Below, piece by piece: positions 24,767 to 33,679 of a stretch of DNA of 37,387 nt. The notes beneath the pieces are model-generated. The model searched no databases and was not told the origin of the DNA. It saw only the letters and a program-made list of their open reading frames with translations. A program made the position numbers and the translations under genes. The stretch comes from Desulfuromonadales bacterium (GTDB lineage: Bacteria > Desulfobacterota > Desulfuromonadia > Desulfuromonadales > UBA2294): the NCBI GenBank assembly GCA_041592975.1, contig JBFHOZ010000001.1:1-37387 (forward strand), written 5' to 3'. Within the stretch, counting starts at the first letter, position 1; each line of letters opens with the position of its first letter.

Positions 24767-27145
24767 ATGACAATAAATCTCAAAAAACCTGAACTTCTTG
24801 CACCGGCCGGCTCGCTCGAGGCGTTCTTCGCCGCCATGGAGAGCGGCGCCGATGCGGTCTACGCCGGGCTCAAGGAGATGAGCGCCCGGGCCAAGGCGAA
24901 GAATTTCTCCCTCAAGGAGCTGGAGCGGATGATCTCCTACGCTCACGGCCGCGACCGAAAGATCTACGTCACCCTCAACACCCTGGTCAAGGAGAGGGAG
25001 CTGCCGCAGCTGGTCGAGACCCTCTCGGCCCTCGAGGCGATCGGCACCGATGCGGTCATCCTCCAGGACATGGCGGTGTGGCGACTGGCGCGGGAGCACT
25101 TTCCCGGGCTCAACCTGCACGCCTCGACGCAGATGACCATTCACAACAGCGCCGGAATCAAAATGCTCGAAGAGCTCGGCTTCAAGCGGGCGGTGCTGGC
25201 CCGCGAGCTGACCCTGGAGGAGATAGCCGAAATCCGCCGGCAGACCGGGATGGAGCTGGAGCATTTCGTTCACGGGGCGCTCTGCTTCTCTTTCTCCGGC
25301 CAGTGCTACTTCTCCTCCTTCCTCGGCGGCAAAAGCGGCAACCGCGGCCGCTGCGCCCAGCCCTGCCGGCGCCGCTACCGTCACCGCCGCGATCAGGGGT
25401 ACTACTTCTCGACCAACGACCTTTCGGCGATCGACCTGCTCGACGAGCTTGCAGGCGCCGGCGTCGGCAGCTTCAAAATCGAGGGGCGGATGAAGTCGGC
25501 CGAGTATGTCGCCAACGTCGTCGCGGCCTACCGCTCGGTGATCGACGCCCCGGCCGGGATGAAGCAGGCAGTCATCAAGGAGGCCAAGGAGCAGCTTCGG
25601 GACTCCTTCGGCCGGCCGCCGACCCGCGGCTTCCTGCAGGGGCCGGCGCCGAACGACATCGCCGTGCCGAACGTTCACGGCGCCACCGGCCGTTTCCTCG
25701 GAAAGATCGAGCAGCTGCATGGTGCCCGGATCAGTTTCCGGACCGGCGCGCCGCTGCACGTCGGCGACCGGGTCCGCATCCAGCCGCAGAGTGACCAGGC
25801 CGGCAAGGCCTTTACCCTCAAGGAGATTTTCCGCGGGCAGAAGAGAAGCGGTCAGGCGAAACAGGGGGAGCTCGTCACCATCGTGTCGCCGTTCCGGGGC
25901 GAATTCCGCAAGGGAGATGCAATCTTCAAGGTCTCCTCCAGCGCCGCCTTCACCATGAGTGATGCCGCCTGTCACCGGTTGCTGGCCGCCGCGGCCGAAC
26001 GGACGAACCGGGTCGTTCTTGCGGTCTCCATGCCGGACAACAAGACCCTCGAGCTGACCGCCGTCGCCGGCGGCGTTGAGCTGTGTGAGTGCTATCCGGT
26101 CGAGGCTTACCCGGCGAGAGAACGCCCCCTCGACCGCGAGGTGCTGCTCTCGGTCTTCGGCAAGGGGGGGCAGGACGGGGTTGAGCTGGCGGAGTTGCGT
26201 TGCGGCAAGCTGCCACCGGTGGTCATACCGCCGAGTCGGCTCAAGGAGATCCGCCGCGACTTCTACCGCCGGCTGCGGCAAAGCCTTTCGTCGGTTTCCA
26301 ACGGCAATACGGCGCTCCGGAGGCGGGAGGCCCTCGGCAACCTGCTGCAGCCGGCGACTGAACCTGTGGAGCGCAGCCGACGCCTGACGGTCGCCATCCG
26401 CTCCCTGCAGGAGGCGAGACTGATCGACAATCCCGAGATCGACCGGATTCTTGTGCCGCTCGAGCCGGGTGTCGAAGCCCGTCTCGGCAAAATGCCGCGG
26501 CGGCTGAAGAACGATCGGCAGCTGCTGGTCTGGGATCTCCCGTTCATCATCTTCGAGCGCGACTGGGACAGCTATGCCGCGACCGTCAGGGCGCTGCTTG
26601 CCGCCGGCTGGCGCCGCTTCCGGCTCAACAACCTGGCGCATTTCCGTTTTTTCGAGCCATCCGACGAGGCGCTTCTCGCCACCGGTTTCCGGCTCTTCAC
26701 CCTCAACTCCCAGGCCGCCCTCGCCTGGAGAGAATTCGGCGCCGAGGAGGCGACGCTCTATATCGAGGATGACCGCGAGAACATGCTCGACCTGACCCGA
26801 CGGTCAGCCGGCCTGGATTACACCATCGTCGTCTACGCTCAGGTGCCGCTGATGACCACCCGGGTGCCGATGCCGCGCGTCCGTCCCGAAAGCCCGCTGG
26901 TTTCCGGGCGCGATGAGCACTACCTTGTCCGGCGACAGAAGGGGACCACCACCCTCTCCGCCGAAACCGACTTCTCCCTTATCGGCCAGCTGCGTCAGCT
27001 GCGCCCGGTCTGCGCCAGTTACGTCATCGACCTGTCGCACCTCTCCGCTTTTTCTCCGGAAGGGAAAAGCATCCTCGCCGCCTTCCAGGCCGACCGGCCG
27101 GTACCGGCAACGTCGTTGTTCAATTTCGCCTGCGGCATGGAATAA
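24767..27145 (+). CDS. U32 family peptidase-like protein, long form (N-terminal U32 catalytic/Fe-S region plus C-terminal extension)
   Basis: N-terminus KPELLAPAGSLEA..AMESGADAVY and a near-match to the U32 signature EHFVHGALCFSFSGQCYFSS, followed by GNRGRCAQPCR. Confidence 0.9.
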   Translation: MTINLKKPELLAPAGSLEAFFAAMESGADAVYAGLKEMSARAKAKNFSLKELERMISYAHGRDRKIYVTLNTLVKERELPQLVETLSALEAIGTDAVILQDMAVWRLAREHFPGLNLHASTQMTIHNSAGIKMLEELGFKRAVLARELTLEEIAEIRRQTGMELEHFVHGALCFSFSGQCYFSSFLGGKSGNRGRCAQPCRRRYRHRRDQGYYFSTNDLSAIDLLDELAGAGVGSFKIEGRMKSAEYVANVVAAYRSVIDAPAGMKQAVIKEAKEQLRDSFGRPPTRGFLQGPAPNDIAVPNVHGATGRFLGKIEQLHGARISFRTGAPLHVGDRVRIQPQSDQAGKAFTLKEIFRGQKRSGQAKQGELVTIVSPFRGEFRKGDAIFKVSSSAAFTMSDAACHRLLAAAAERTNRVVLAVSMPDNKTLELTAVAGGVELCECYPVEAYPARERPLDREVLLSVFGKGGQDGVELAELRCGKLPPVVIPPSRLKEIRRDFYRRLRQSLSSVSNGNTALRRREALGNLLQPATEPVERSRRLTVAIRSLQEARLIDNPEIDRILVPLEPGVEARLGKMPRRLKNDRQLLVWDLPFIIFERDWDSYAATVRALLAAGWRRFRLNNLAHFRFFEPSDEALLATGFRLFTLNSQAALAWREFGAEEATLYIEDDRENMLDLTRRSAGLDYTIVVYAQVPLMTTRVPMPRVRPESPLVSGRDEHYLVRRQKGTTTLSAETDFSLIGQLRQLRPVCASYVIDLSHLSAFSPEGKSILAAFQADRPVPATSLFNFACGME

Positions 27146-27160
27146 TTCTCCGCCTGCCGC

Positions 27161-27188
27161 TTGACTTGCCGGCGCCGCCATCTAGATT
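27161..27188 (+). promoter_or_regulatory. Sigma-70 type promoter (TTGACT-16-TAGATT) at the start of a long non-coding gap
   Basis: Hexamers lie at 27161-27166 and 27183-27188, 15 nt after the U32 stop. The predicted transcription start is near 27195, about 500 nt before the kinase start codon. Confidence 0.5.
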
Positions 27189-27691
27189 GGTAAGGTGGCC
27201 TGCCTGCCAGGATCGCTCGAGGAGGCTTGCAGGAAGTGCTGTATCGTTTTCCTGCGCGCCCTGATTGCGTCCGGCATCTCGCCCCCCCATGCTGAGATGC
27301 CCCGGAGGGGAAGGCATGGCGGTCATTTCGCACGCTACAGGAAATTCTCCGCATGCCTCTTGACCGCACTGGGCCGGATAGGAACGGTCGGTGGACGCGT
27401 CAGCGGCCACAAGGTGATGGTGAACAACGACCGGATCGGCGCCGGGCCGGTCAAATGATCGCCTGGGCCCCGGCTGTTTGGCCGAACGCCGGCGCCCGGA
27501 CCGCTCCTCGCGAAGAGCATTCCAACGCATCTTGTGCGGGAATTCCGGGGCGTTGCGACATCTCGTTATACGCAGCCGGAGCCGTCCCGTTCCGGATATG
27601 ACGGTGGCGTGATCGTTGCATATTCTATTGTTCAATCATTCCAGATGCTCCAACCTGCTGTAGGCGCCAGCTGGAGCCCGGGGGGGACGGA

Positions 27692-30304
27692 TTGCCGGAC
27701 AGATTTCTGAATAGAGTACAGAATATCCGCAAACGGGTTCTCTGGCCTCTCGGCCTGACGCTGACGTTTTTCCTCCTTCTTTTTCTCGCCGTTTTCCAGA
27801 TATATCTCCAGCGTGAGCTGACCCGCGAACTGGACGGCCATATCAACTCGGTCTGGCACCTGTACGAAGAAATCCTCTCAGAGCGTGCCGATGACATGAC
27901 AAGCTTCATTGGCGCGATCGAGGGGAATGAGCCGCTCCGCCAGGCGATGGCGCTCCAGGACCGCGAGGCGCTCCTGGAGCACGCGGGACCGATCTACCGC
28001 AAGCTCCAGAAGAACCAGCCGTTCACCCACTTCTATTTTCACGCCCCGAATGGGATCAACCTGCTCCGGGTGCACAAGCCGGAAACGCATGGCGACCTGA
28101 TCGATCGCGTGACCATGAAGCAGGCCCGCAGCGCCCTGCAGGTGAGTTCTGGCGCCGAGCTCGGGCCGCTGGGAACCTTCACCCTGAGGACGGTCTTCCC
28201 CTGGTTCGTAAACGGCAAGCTGATCGGGTTCATCGAGCTTGGCGAGGAGGTCGAACCGCTCATCGAGATGGTCGCCCGCCAGAGCGGGTCGCAGATGGCC
28301 ATTCTGGTCAGCAAGAACCGGCTGACACGCAGCGGCTGGCAGTCAGGACAGGAGATGCTCGGCAGGGCCGCCGACTGGGAACTGCTGCCGGGGCATGTGG
28401 TCACGGCGGTCACCGACAGCCAGTTCCTGCAGAAGTTGCCGCGGATCGTGACGCCGGAAACCGTCTCCGGCGAGAAGAGGGTTGATATCAACCTGTTCAA
28501 CCAGCATTTCCGGGGAGGATTTCTGCCGCTGATCGACGTCAGCGGCCAGGAGATTGGCGTGATGCTGGTGGTCAGGGATATCGATGCGACGATGCAGAAC
28601 CATGGCGTGGCGACGGCGCTGGTGACGGTCTTCTGCATTCTCCTCGGCGGCGCACTGTTCCTGTCGGCTTACTCGATTCTCGGCCGGACGGAGCACACCC
28701 TGGAGCGTGCCCGACAGACCCTGATCGACGAGATCGAAAAGACCAGCCAGGCCAATACCCAGCTCGGACTGGAGATCGGCGAAAGGCGGGCCGCCGAGGA
28801 AGCCCTGCGCAAGGCACACGACGAACTGGAGCGACGGGTCGTCGAGAGAACGGCGCAGCTCGATCAGCAGAAAAAACTGCTGGAAAACCTGCTCACCAAC
28901 ATCCCCTCGCTGGTCGCCTGGAAAAATCTCGACCGGGAGTACATCGGCTGCAACAGCCGCTACGCCGCGCTGGCCGGCAGCAGCGAAGAGGAGATTGCCG
29001 GAAAGACCGACGGCGACCTTGCCTGGCGACCGTCGCTCAGGCGGCATCTGGCCGCAATCGAGGAGGAGGTCCTTGCCGAGAACAGGGCGGTGCTGGGATA
29101 TGAAGTGGTCGACGAGAGCCCCGACGGAAACGACTATTATATCTGCAGCGCCGTACCGCTGCGCGACGAGGCCGGAGCGGTGTTCGGCATGGTCAGCATC
29201 ATGCAGAACATCACCGAGCAGAAGGAGCGGCAGCGGCTTCTGGAAACCACTCTGGTCGAATCGCGACAGGCGAGTGACCGCATCGCCGGGGTCATGCGCT
29301 CGGTCGATGATGCCCTGTTCGTCGTCGATGCGGATGACAACATCCTGTTGATGAACGCGAGTGCCGGCGCCCTGCTGCGGCTGAATCCGAACGAGGTCAT
29401 CGGCCGGCCCGTGGCAAAGGCGATCTGGGTCGAATCCCTGCGGGAAAAAGTCATCGAGATCCTGCGTCGGCGCGAAGGGGGTGCGGTTTTCGATTTCGAG
29501 ATCGGCGAAGACGGCAAGGAGGCGCAGGTGATCCTCCAGGCACACAGCTCTGTCCTGGTCGACCCGCAGGGACGCTACGAGGGGATGATCTTTCTGGCGC
29601 GGGACGTGACGCGGGACCGGAGCATGGACCGCCTGAAAAGCGACTTCATCTCGGTCGCCGCCCATGAATTGCGAACGCCGCTGGCGACCATTCTCGGTTT
29701 CTCCGAACTGCTGCTGGACGGCAATGTCGAGAGTGAAGAGGACCGACGGGACTTTGTCCGGACCATACACGACAAGGCGGATGCCCTCTCCCGGCTGCTG
29801 GACGATATGCTCGATATCAGCCGGATCGAATCGGGTCGGGGGCTGGAGCTGTTCATCGAGAAGATTCCGGTCGAGTCGCTGTTCCTGCCGGTTCTCAATC
29901 AATACCGCAAACGGTTCCCGGAGCGGCGGTTCGATATCGATCTCGACGACCCCGAGCTGTTGCTGCTGGCCGACCCGGAGAAGATCGCCCAGGTTCTCGA
30001 GAATCTCCTCAGCAACGCGGTCAAGTATTCGCCCGAAAAAAGCCGGATCGCGATCGTCGGCAAAACGACTGTCGACGGCTACCGCCTGTCGGTCATCGAT
30101 GAGGGGATCGGCATGACGCCCGAGCAGGCCAGCCACGCCTTCGAAAAGTTCTACCGGGGGGACAATGCCGACAAGGCGATCAAGGGGACGGGCCTCGGAC
30201 TGACTATCGCCAGGCATATCGTCGAGCAGCACGACGGGACCATCCGGCTTGAAAGCCGGCCGCAGAAAGGGACCTGCGTCCACGTCCTGCTGCCGGTCGC
30301 CTGA
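27692..30304 (+). CDS. Sensor histidine kinase with periplasmic Cache-like domain, two PAS domains, HisKA and HATPase_c
   Basis: TTG start after GGGGGGA. TM1 is followed by a Cache-like sensor (FTHFYFHAPNGINLLRVHKPETHGD) and TM2. A coiled coil and PAS repeats follow. The H-box is FISVAAHELRTPL, the N-box is LLSNAVKYSP, and the G-boxes are DEGIGM and GTGLGL. Confidence 0.9.
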   Translation: MPDRFLNRVQNIRKRVLWPLGLTLTFFLLLFLAVFQIYLQRELTRELDGHINSVWHLYEEILSERADDMTSFIGAIEGNEPLRQAMALQDREALLEHAGPIYRKLQKNQPFTHFYFHAPNGINLLRVHKPETHGDLIDRVTMKQARSALQVSSGAELGPLGTFTLRTVFPWFVNGKLIGFIELGEEVEPLIEMVARQSGSQMAILVSKNRLTRSGWQSGQEMLGRAADWELLPGHVVTAVTDSQFLQKLPRIVTPETVSGEKRVDINLFNQHFRGGFLPLIDVSGQEIGVMLVVRDIDATMQNHGVATALVTVFCILLGGALFLSAYSILGRTEHTLERARQTLIDEIEKTSQANTQLGLEIGERRAAEEALRKAHDELERRVVERTAQLDQQKKLLENLLTNIPSLVAWKNLDREYIGCNSRYAALAGSSEEEIAGKTDGDLAWRPSLRRHLAAIEEEVLAENRAVLGYEVVDESPDGNDYYICSAVPLRDEAGAVFGMVSIMQNITEQKERQRLLETTLVESRQASDRIAGVMRSVDDALFVVDADDNILLMNASAGALLRLNPNEVIGRPVAKAIWVESLREKVIEILRRREGGAVFDFEIGEDGKEAQVILQAHSSVLVDPQGRYEGMIFLARDVTRDRSMDRLKSDFISVAAHELRTPLATILGFSELLLDGNVESEEDRRDFVRTIHDKADALSRLLDDMLDISRIESGRGLELFIEKIPVESLFLPVLNQYRKRFPERRFDIDLDDPELLLLADPEKIAQVLENLLSNAVKYSPEKSRIAIVGKTTVDGYRLSVIDEGIGMTPEQASHAFEKFYRGDNADKAIKGTGLGLTIARHIVEQHDGTIRLESRPQKGTCVHVLLPVA

Positions 30305-30306
30305 GC

Positions 30307-31065
30307 TCAGGGCACCTTTCCGAGCAGCTCCCCGACCCGCGCGAAATACTCCTCGCCGTTCATCATCATGATGCTGTTGTGGTCCCCTCGCGGGAAGATT
30401 CTGATGGTCTTGTCGGCGCTGGTGGTCGCGCCGTAGAGCTCTTCGGCGTGCCGGACGTCGACCAGGCCGTCGTTGGCCGTGTGCATGATCAGCACCGGTC
30501 CCCTGAACGCTGCGATCTTTTTTTTCTGGTCGAGGGCGGCAGCGACCGCCCGCTGCAGCTCCTGCGGACTGGCCCCGAGTTCGGTCGGGTGGACCCGCAG
30601 CAGCAACCGCTCGAGGACATCGGCGATGCCGCTTTCGATAATCAGGCCACCGGCATCGGGCCACAGCCGCGCAGCCTGCAGGGCCGGGATCGAGCCGACC
30701 GAGCGGCCGAAGAACACCGTCAGGCGCGGCTCCGAAGGGAGTGCCTCCAGCAGAGGCGCGACATCGTCGACGATCCGGCCGAGTTCCGGCCGACCGGTCG
30801 ACATGCCGTATCCGCGGAACTCAACCAGCAGTGAGTTGCAGCCGAGGCGGGCGAACACTCCCGGCAGGAAGTCGAGGTAGTCGGCGACGACCTCACCGTT
30901 GCCGTGGAAGTCGACGATGGTCGGGGCCTGCGCGTTGACTTCATGATAATGGCAGGCGAGGCGGGCATCGCCGCAGTCGACCCAGAAGGGGTCGGCGAAC
31001 GATTCCCGGCGGGGAAAAAAGTAGCGTTCGCTGATGAGGGGGTGATTGAGAATCCCGTCCGGCAC
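30307..31065 (-). CDS. Alpha/beta hydrolase
   Basis: Nucleophile elbow GRSVG, HGNGE near the N-terminus and a late D...H (NDGLVD, GDHNS). The gene is convergent with the kinase gene, 2 nt apart. Confidence 0.8.
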   Translation of the reverse strand: MPDGILNHPLISERYFFPRRESFADPFWVDCGDARLACHYHEVNAQAPTIVDFHGNGEVVADYLDFLPGVFARLGCNSLLVEFRGYGMSTGRPELGRIVDDVAPLLEALPSEPRLTVFFGRSVGSIPALQAARLWPDAGGLIIESGIADVLERLLLRVHPTELGASPQELQRAVAAALDQKKKIAAFRGPVLIMHTANDGLVDVRHAEELYGATTSADKTIRIFPRGDHNSIMMMNGEEYFARVGELLGKVP

Positions 31066-31137
31066 GACGGCCTCCTTCTGATATAATCGTTCAGGCGCGA
31101 TTCTTATTATCCGCTATCCTCCCCGGTCCCGCAAGGA

Positions 31138-31887
31138 ATGGAGATGAAAGAGCATTATCGCCAGGCAGCCGAGCTGGTCGCGCGGGCGCACCGTATCGTC
31201 GCCTTCACCGGTGCCGGAATCTCGACCGAGTCGGGGCTGGCCGACTTCCGCTCGGCCGGCGGACTCTGGGAGCGTCACCGGATCGTCACCTACCAGGAAT
31301 TCGTTGCCAGCCACGAGGCGCGCATCGAGTACTGGAGCATGCGCCGCGAGCTGATCCCGGCGATCCTCGCGGCGAAGCCGAACGGGGCGCACAAGGCTCT
31401 GGCCGAGCTGGAGAGGATGGGGAAGCTGCAGACCGTCATCACCCAGAATATCGACGGACTGCACCAGGCCGCCGGCAGCGGCGACGTTATCGAGCTGCAC
31501 GGCACCAACCTGACCGCCAGCTGCCTCGACTGCGGGAAAATGTGGCCGATCGCGGAGATCCAGGAGCGCCTCGAGGCCGACGACCTCGACCCGCAATGCG
31601 ACCGTTGCGGCGGGGCGATCAAGCCGGACACGGTCTCCTTCGGCCAGGCGATGGCGCAGTGGGTGATGAACCGGGCCTTCGAGGTGGCCGATGGGTGCGA
31701 CCTGATGATCATGATCGGTTCCTCCCTCGAGGTGCAGCCGGCCGCCGCGATTCCCGGGGTCGCCGCCCGGGCCGGCGCGAAGCTGATCTTCGTCAACCGG
31801 ACCGAAACCCCCTATGACCGGATCGCCGACCTGATTTTCCGCCGGGGGTGCGGCGAGGTGATGCGGGGGATATTGGCCGCGGGATGA
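31138..31887 (+). CDS. cobB: NAD-dependent protein deacylase (sirtuin, CobB/Sir2 family)
   Basis: GAGISTESGLADFRS, QNIDGLH and a zinc ribbon CLDCG...CDRCGG. The second ATG at 31144 has better SD spacing (AAGGA). Confidence 0.88.
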   Translation: MEMKEHYRQAAELVARAHRIVAFTGAGISTESGLADFRSAGGLWERHRIVTYQEFVASHEARIEYWSMRRELIPAILAAKPNGAHKALAELERMGKLQTVITQNIDGLHQAAGSGDVIELHGTNLTASCLDCGKMWPIAEIQERLEADDLDPQCDRCGGAIKPDTVSFGQAMAQWVMNRAFEVADGCDLMIMIGSSLEVQPAAAIPGVAARAGAKLIFVNRTETPYDRIADLIFRRGCGEVMRGILAAG

Positions 31888-31991
31888 TCGCGCCGGCGGC
31901 CTTGGCCTGATTCCTTTCGGGAGGATGTCTCCTGATCCGCGAACAGTCGGAAACGACTCGCACCGCTCCTTTCTCCGGGAAGCGAAATCCC

Positions 31992-32888
31992 TCACCCTCG
32001 CCCGAACCAGGGAGACAGCCGCAGCAGCCGCACCGCCAGGGTCTCGACCGAAATCCGTGTCTCGAAATCAAGCTTGCGCAGCCACCTGTGCGGCAGGGCA
32101 TCCAGGCCGTAGAACGCACCGGCGATCATGCCGCCGATGGCGCCGGTGGTGTCGGCGTCCCCCCCCTGGTTGACGATGCCGGTCAGGCACTCCTCGAAGG
32201 ATGCGGTCGAAAAGAGGAAGTGGAACACCGTCCGCAGGGTCTCGACCACGTAGCCGCTCGCCTGGCCATCGTAATGATTGAAGCGGAAGTTGGGGAACTC
32301 GGCGACCAGCGCGCGGGTCAGGCGATGCAGTTCGAAGCGGTCGGCACCGAGCATTGCGGCCTGGACCATGCGGCCGGTGCAGATACAGGCGGCGTCGGAG
32401 AGCGGATGGTGGTGGGTCAAATGTGCCTGTTCCAGGGCGCAGTGCTGCAGCAGCTCGTCGTCGCCGAGGGTGAAGAGGGCGACCGGCGCCATCCGCATCG
32501 CCGCACCGTTGCCGGCATCCCACTCGTTCGGCGCCACCGCCAGTTCGCCGGTACGCATGTGCTGGCGGATCCCCTTGCGCACCGTTGAGCCGATATCCAC
32601 CGGTTTGCTCCGCATCCAGAGGACGAAGTTGCGGGCGATGTCGGCGAGGTTCCATTCGCCGCAGGTTGACAGGCTGCGGGCGATGGCAAGGGACATCTCG
32701 GTGTCATCGGTCACCTGCCCCGGCTTGAGGTTGAGCCAGCCGCCGCCGACGATTTTCCGGTGGACCTTGAATTTCGCCCGGATCTCTCCCGGCGTCATGA
32801 ACTCGGTCGTCGCACCGAGTGCGTCGCCGAGCGCCAGGCCCAGGAAGGCGGCCCTGCCGCGTGATGTGACCTCGTCGCGATCATCCAC
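31992..32888 (-). CDS. draG: ADP-ribosyl-[dinitrogen reductase] glycohydrolase-like protein (ADP-ribosylglycohydrolase family, DraG)
   Basis: ARH-family N-terminus GLALGDALGATTEF and TDDTEM, and C-terminal GGDADTTGAIGGMIAGAFYG. The gene overlaps the draT stop by 8 nt. Confidence 0.85.
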   Translation of the reverse strand: MDDRDEVTSRGRAAFLGLALGDALGATTEFMTPGEIRAKFKVHRKIVGGGWLNLKPGQVTDDTEMSLAIARSLSTCGEWNLADIARNFVLWMRSKPVDIGSTVRKGIRQHMRTGELAVAPNEWDAGNGAAMRMAPVALFTLGDDELLQHCALEQAHLTHHHPLSDAACICTGRMVQAAMLGADRFELHRLTRALVAEFPNFRFNHYDGQASGYVVETLRTVFHFLFSTASFEECLTGIVNQGGDADTTGAIGGMIAGAFYGLDALPHRWLRKLDFETRISVETLAVRLLRLSPWFGRG

Positions 32889-33675
32889 CGGTCAACACCT
32901 TCACTTCGTACTCGCCGCCGATCACCATCACCTCCTCCTCCCCCTTGAGCAGGGCATTGGGGAGCAGGTCGGAGCGGAAGACCATCTTGACGACCGGCAC
33001 CTCGGCCTGCAGAACCCGGGTTCCGAATTCCCAGGCCCGCTCGAAATCGGTGGTGAAGGAGACCAGGTTGTTGAGCCGCACCAGGTGGTGGTTCCGGCCG
33101 AGATCCCTGAGAATACGCTGCTCGTTGAAATCGTTGATGCCGCGGTAGAGGGTGAGGGACGCGGTGACCGGCAGGGCGAGGCCCATCTCGTACTGGGCAT
33201 ATTCGTAGAGCAGGTCGAACTGCTGGTAGATGGCGCTGGACCGGGCCTTTCCCTGCATCCGGTCCTTGAGGTAGCGGTGGTAGGCTTCGGAGTGGATGTC
33301 CTCGATCGGCCGGTGGTGAAAGGTCGGCGCCAGGCCGAAGCGGCTCTCGACCCACCCCTTGAGCACCGCCCCCTCGCGCGAGTTCGACTCGAACATCCAG
33401 CCGCGCAAAAAACGGAGGTAGCTGTTCTTGAGGCTCTTGCTGCCGCTTCTCGACGCCTCCTGCTCCCACTGGTGCAGCTGGAAGGTGACGTCCATGTAGT
33501 CGTGGAACTGCAGGCCGCGCATCTCGCGGGTTCCGAGCTTCGCCAGCCGGTCGAACAGCAGTCGGTTCGCCTGGCGCACCCCCTGGATCTCGAGCGGCTT
33601 CGGGTTCCGGTTGAAATAGTGCGAGGCGATCACCCAGGGGGGCAGGTTGCAGAGATTGAGCGACGCCGACTGCAC
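32881..33675 (-). CDS. draT: NAD+--dinitrogen-reductase ADP-D-ribosyltransferase-like protein (DraT)
   Basis: GTG start lies 4 nt after the upstream stop. From memory, blocks EGAVLKGWVESRFGLAPTFH, LYRGINDF, VRLNNLVSFT and KGEEEVMVIGGEYEVK correspond to the conserved blocks of Rhodospirillum/Azospirillum DraT. Confidence 0.85.
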   Translation of the reverse strand: MQSASLNLCNLPPWVIASHYFNRNPKPLEIQGVRQANRLLFDRLAKLGTREMRGLQFHDYMDVTFQLHQWEQEASRSGSKSLKNSYLRFLRGWMFESNSREGAVLKGWVESRFGLAPTFHHRPIEDIHSEAYHRYLKDRMQGKARSSAIYQQFDLLYEYAQYEMGLALPVTASLTLYRGINDFNEQRILRDLGRNHHLVRLNNLVSFTTDFERAWEFGTRVLQAEVPVVKMVFRSDLLPNALLKGEEEVMVIGGEYEVKVLTGG

Positions 33676-33679
33676 CGGA

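Noticed and set aside
24710-26641. 643-aa minus-strand ORF opposite the U32 gene
   Set aside because: It is an antisense shadow ORF of low complexity (R, G, A, P, E rich). The plus strand carries the U32 signature.
27428-27475. GGCG ... UCGCCUGGGCC resembles the pseudoknot and 3' CCGCCUGGGC of ZTP (pfl) riboswitches
   Set aside because: The 5' subdomain consensus (GACUGGCG, ACCGGGG in the proper helices) is not reproduced. The downstream gene is a sensor kinase, not a purine or folate gene.
27491-27510. The minus-strand string GAGGAGCGGUCCGGGCGCC resembles the RNase P CR-I block GAGGAAAGUCCGGGC
   Set aside because: The invariant AAAGUCC adenosines are missing, and no CR-IV/CR-V (ACAGAACCCGGCUUA-like) block or overall P RNA architecture is nearby.
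27120-27635. 171-aa minus-strand ORF and 87-aa plus-strand ORF (27195..27458) in the long gap before the kinase
   Set aside because: They are Arg-rich, low-complexity products with no SD and no family resemblance. The minus ORF would overlap the U32 3' end. I treat the region as non-coding or unknown (see findings).
28343-30664. 773-aa minus-strand ORF opposite the histidine kinase and hydrolase junction
   Set aside because: It is an antisense shadow ORF crossing two well-supported genes. It has no domain motifs.
31138-31887. Sir2-domain protein as a possible anti-phage NADase module
   Set aside because: It has the complete housekeeping sirtuin architecture (GAGISTESG, QNIDGLH, four-Cys zinc ribbon). 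It is a stand-alone gene of about 250 aa with no partner genes typical of defence systems and no mobile-element context.
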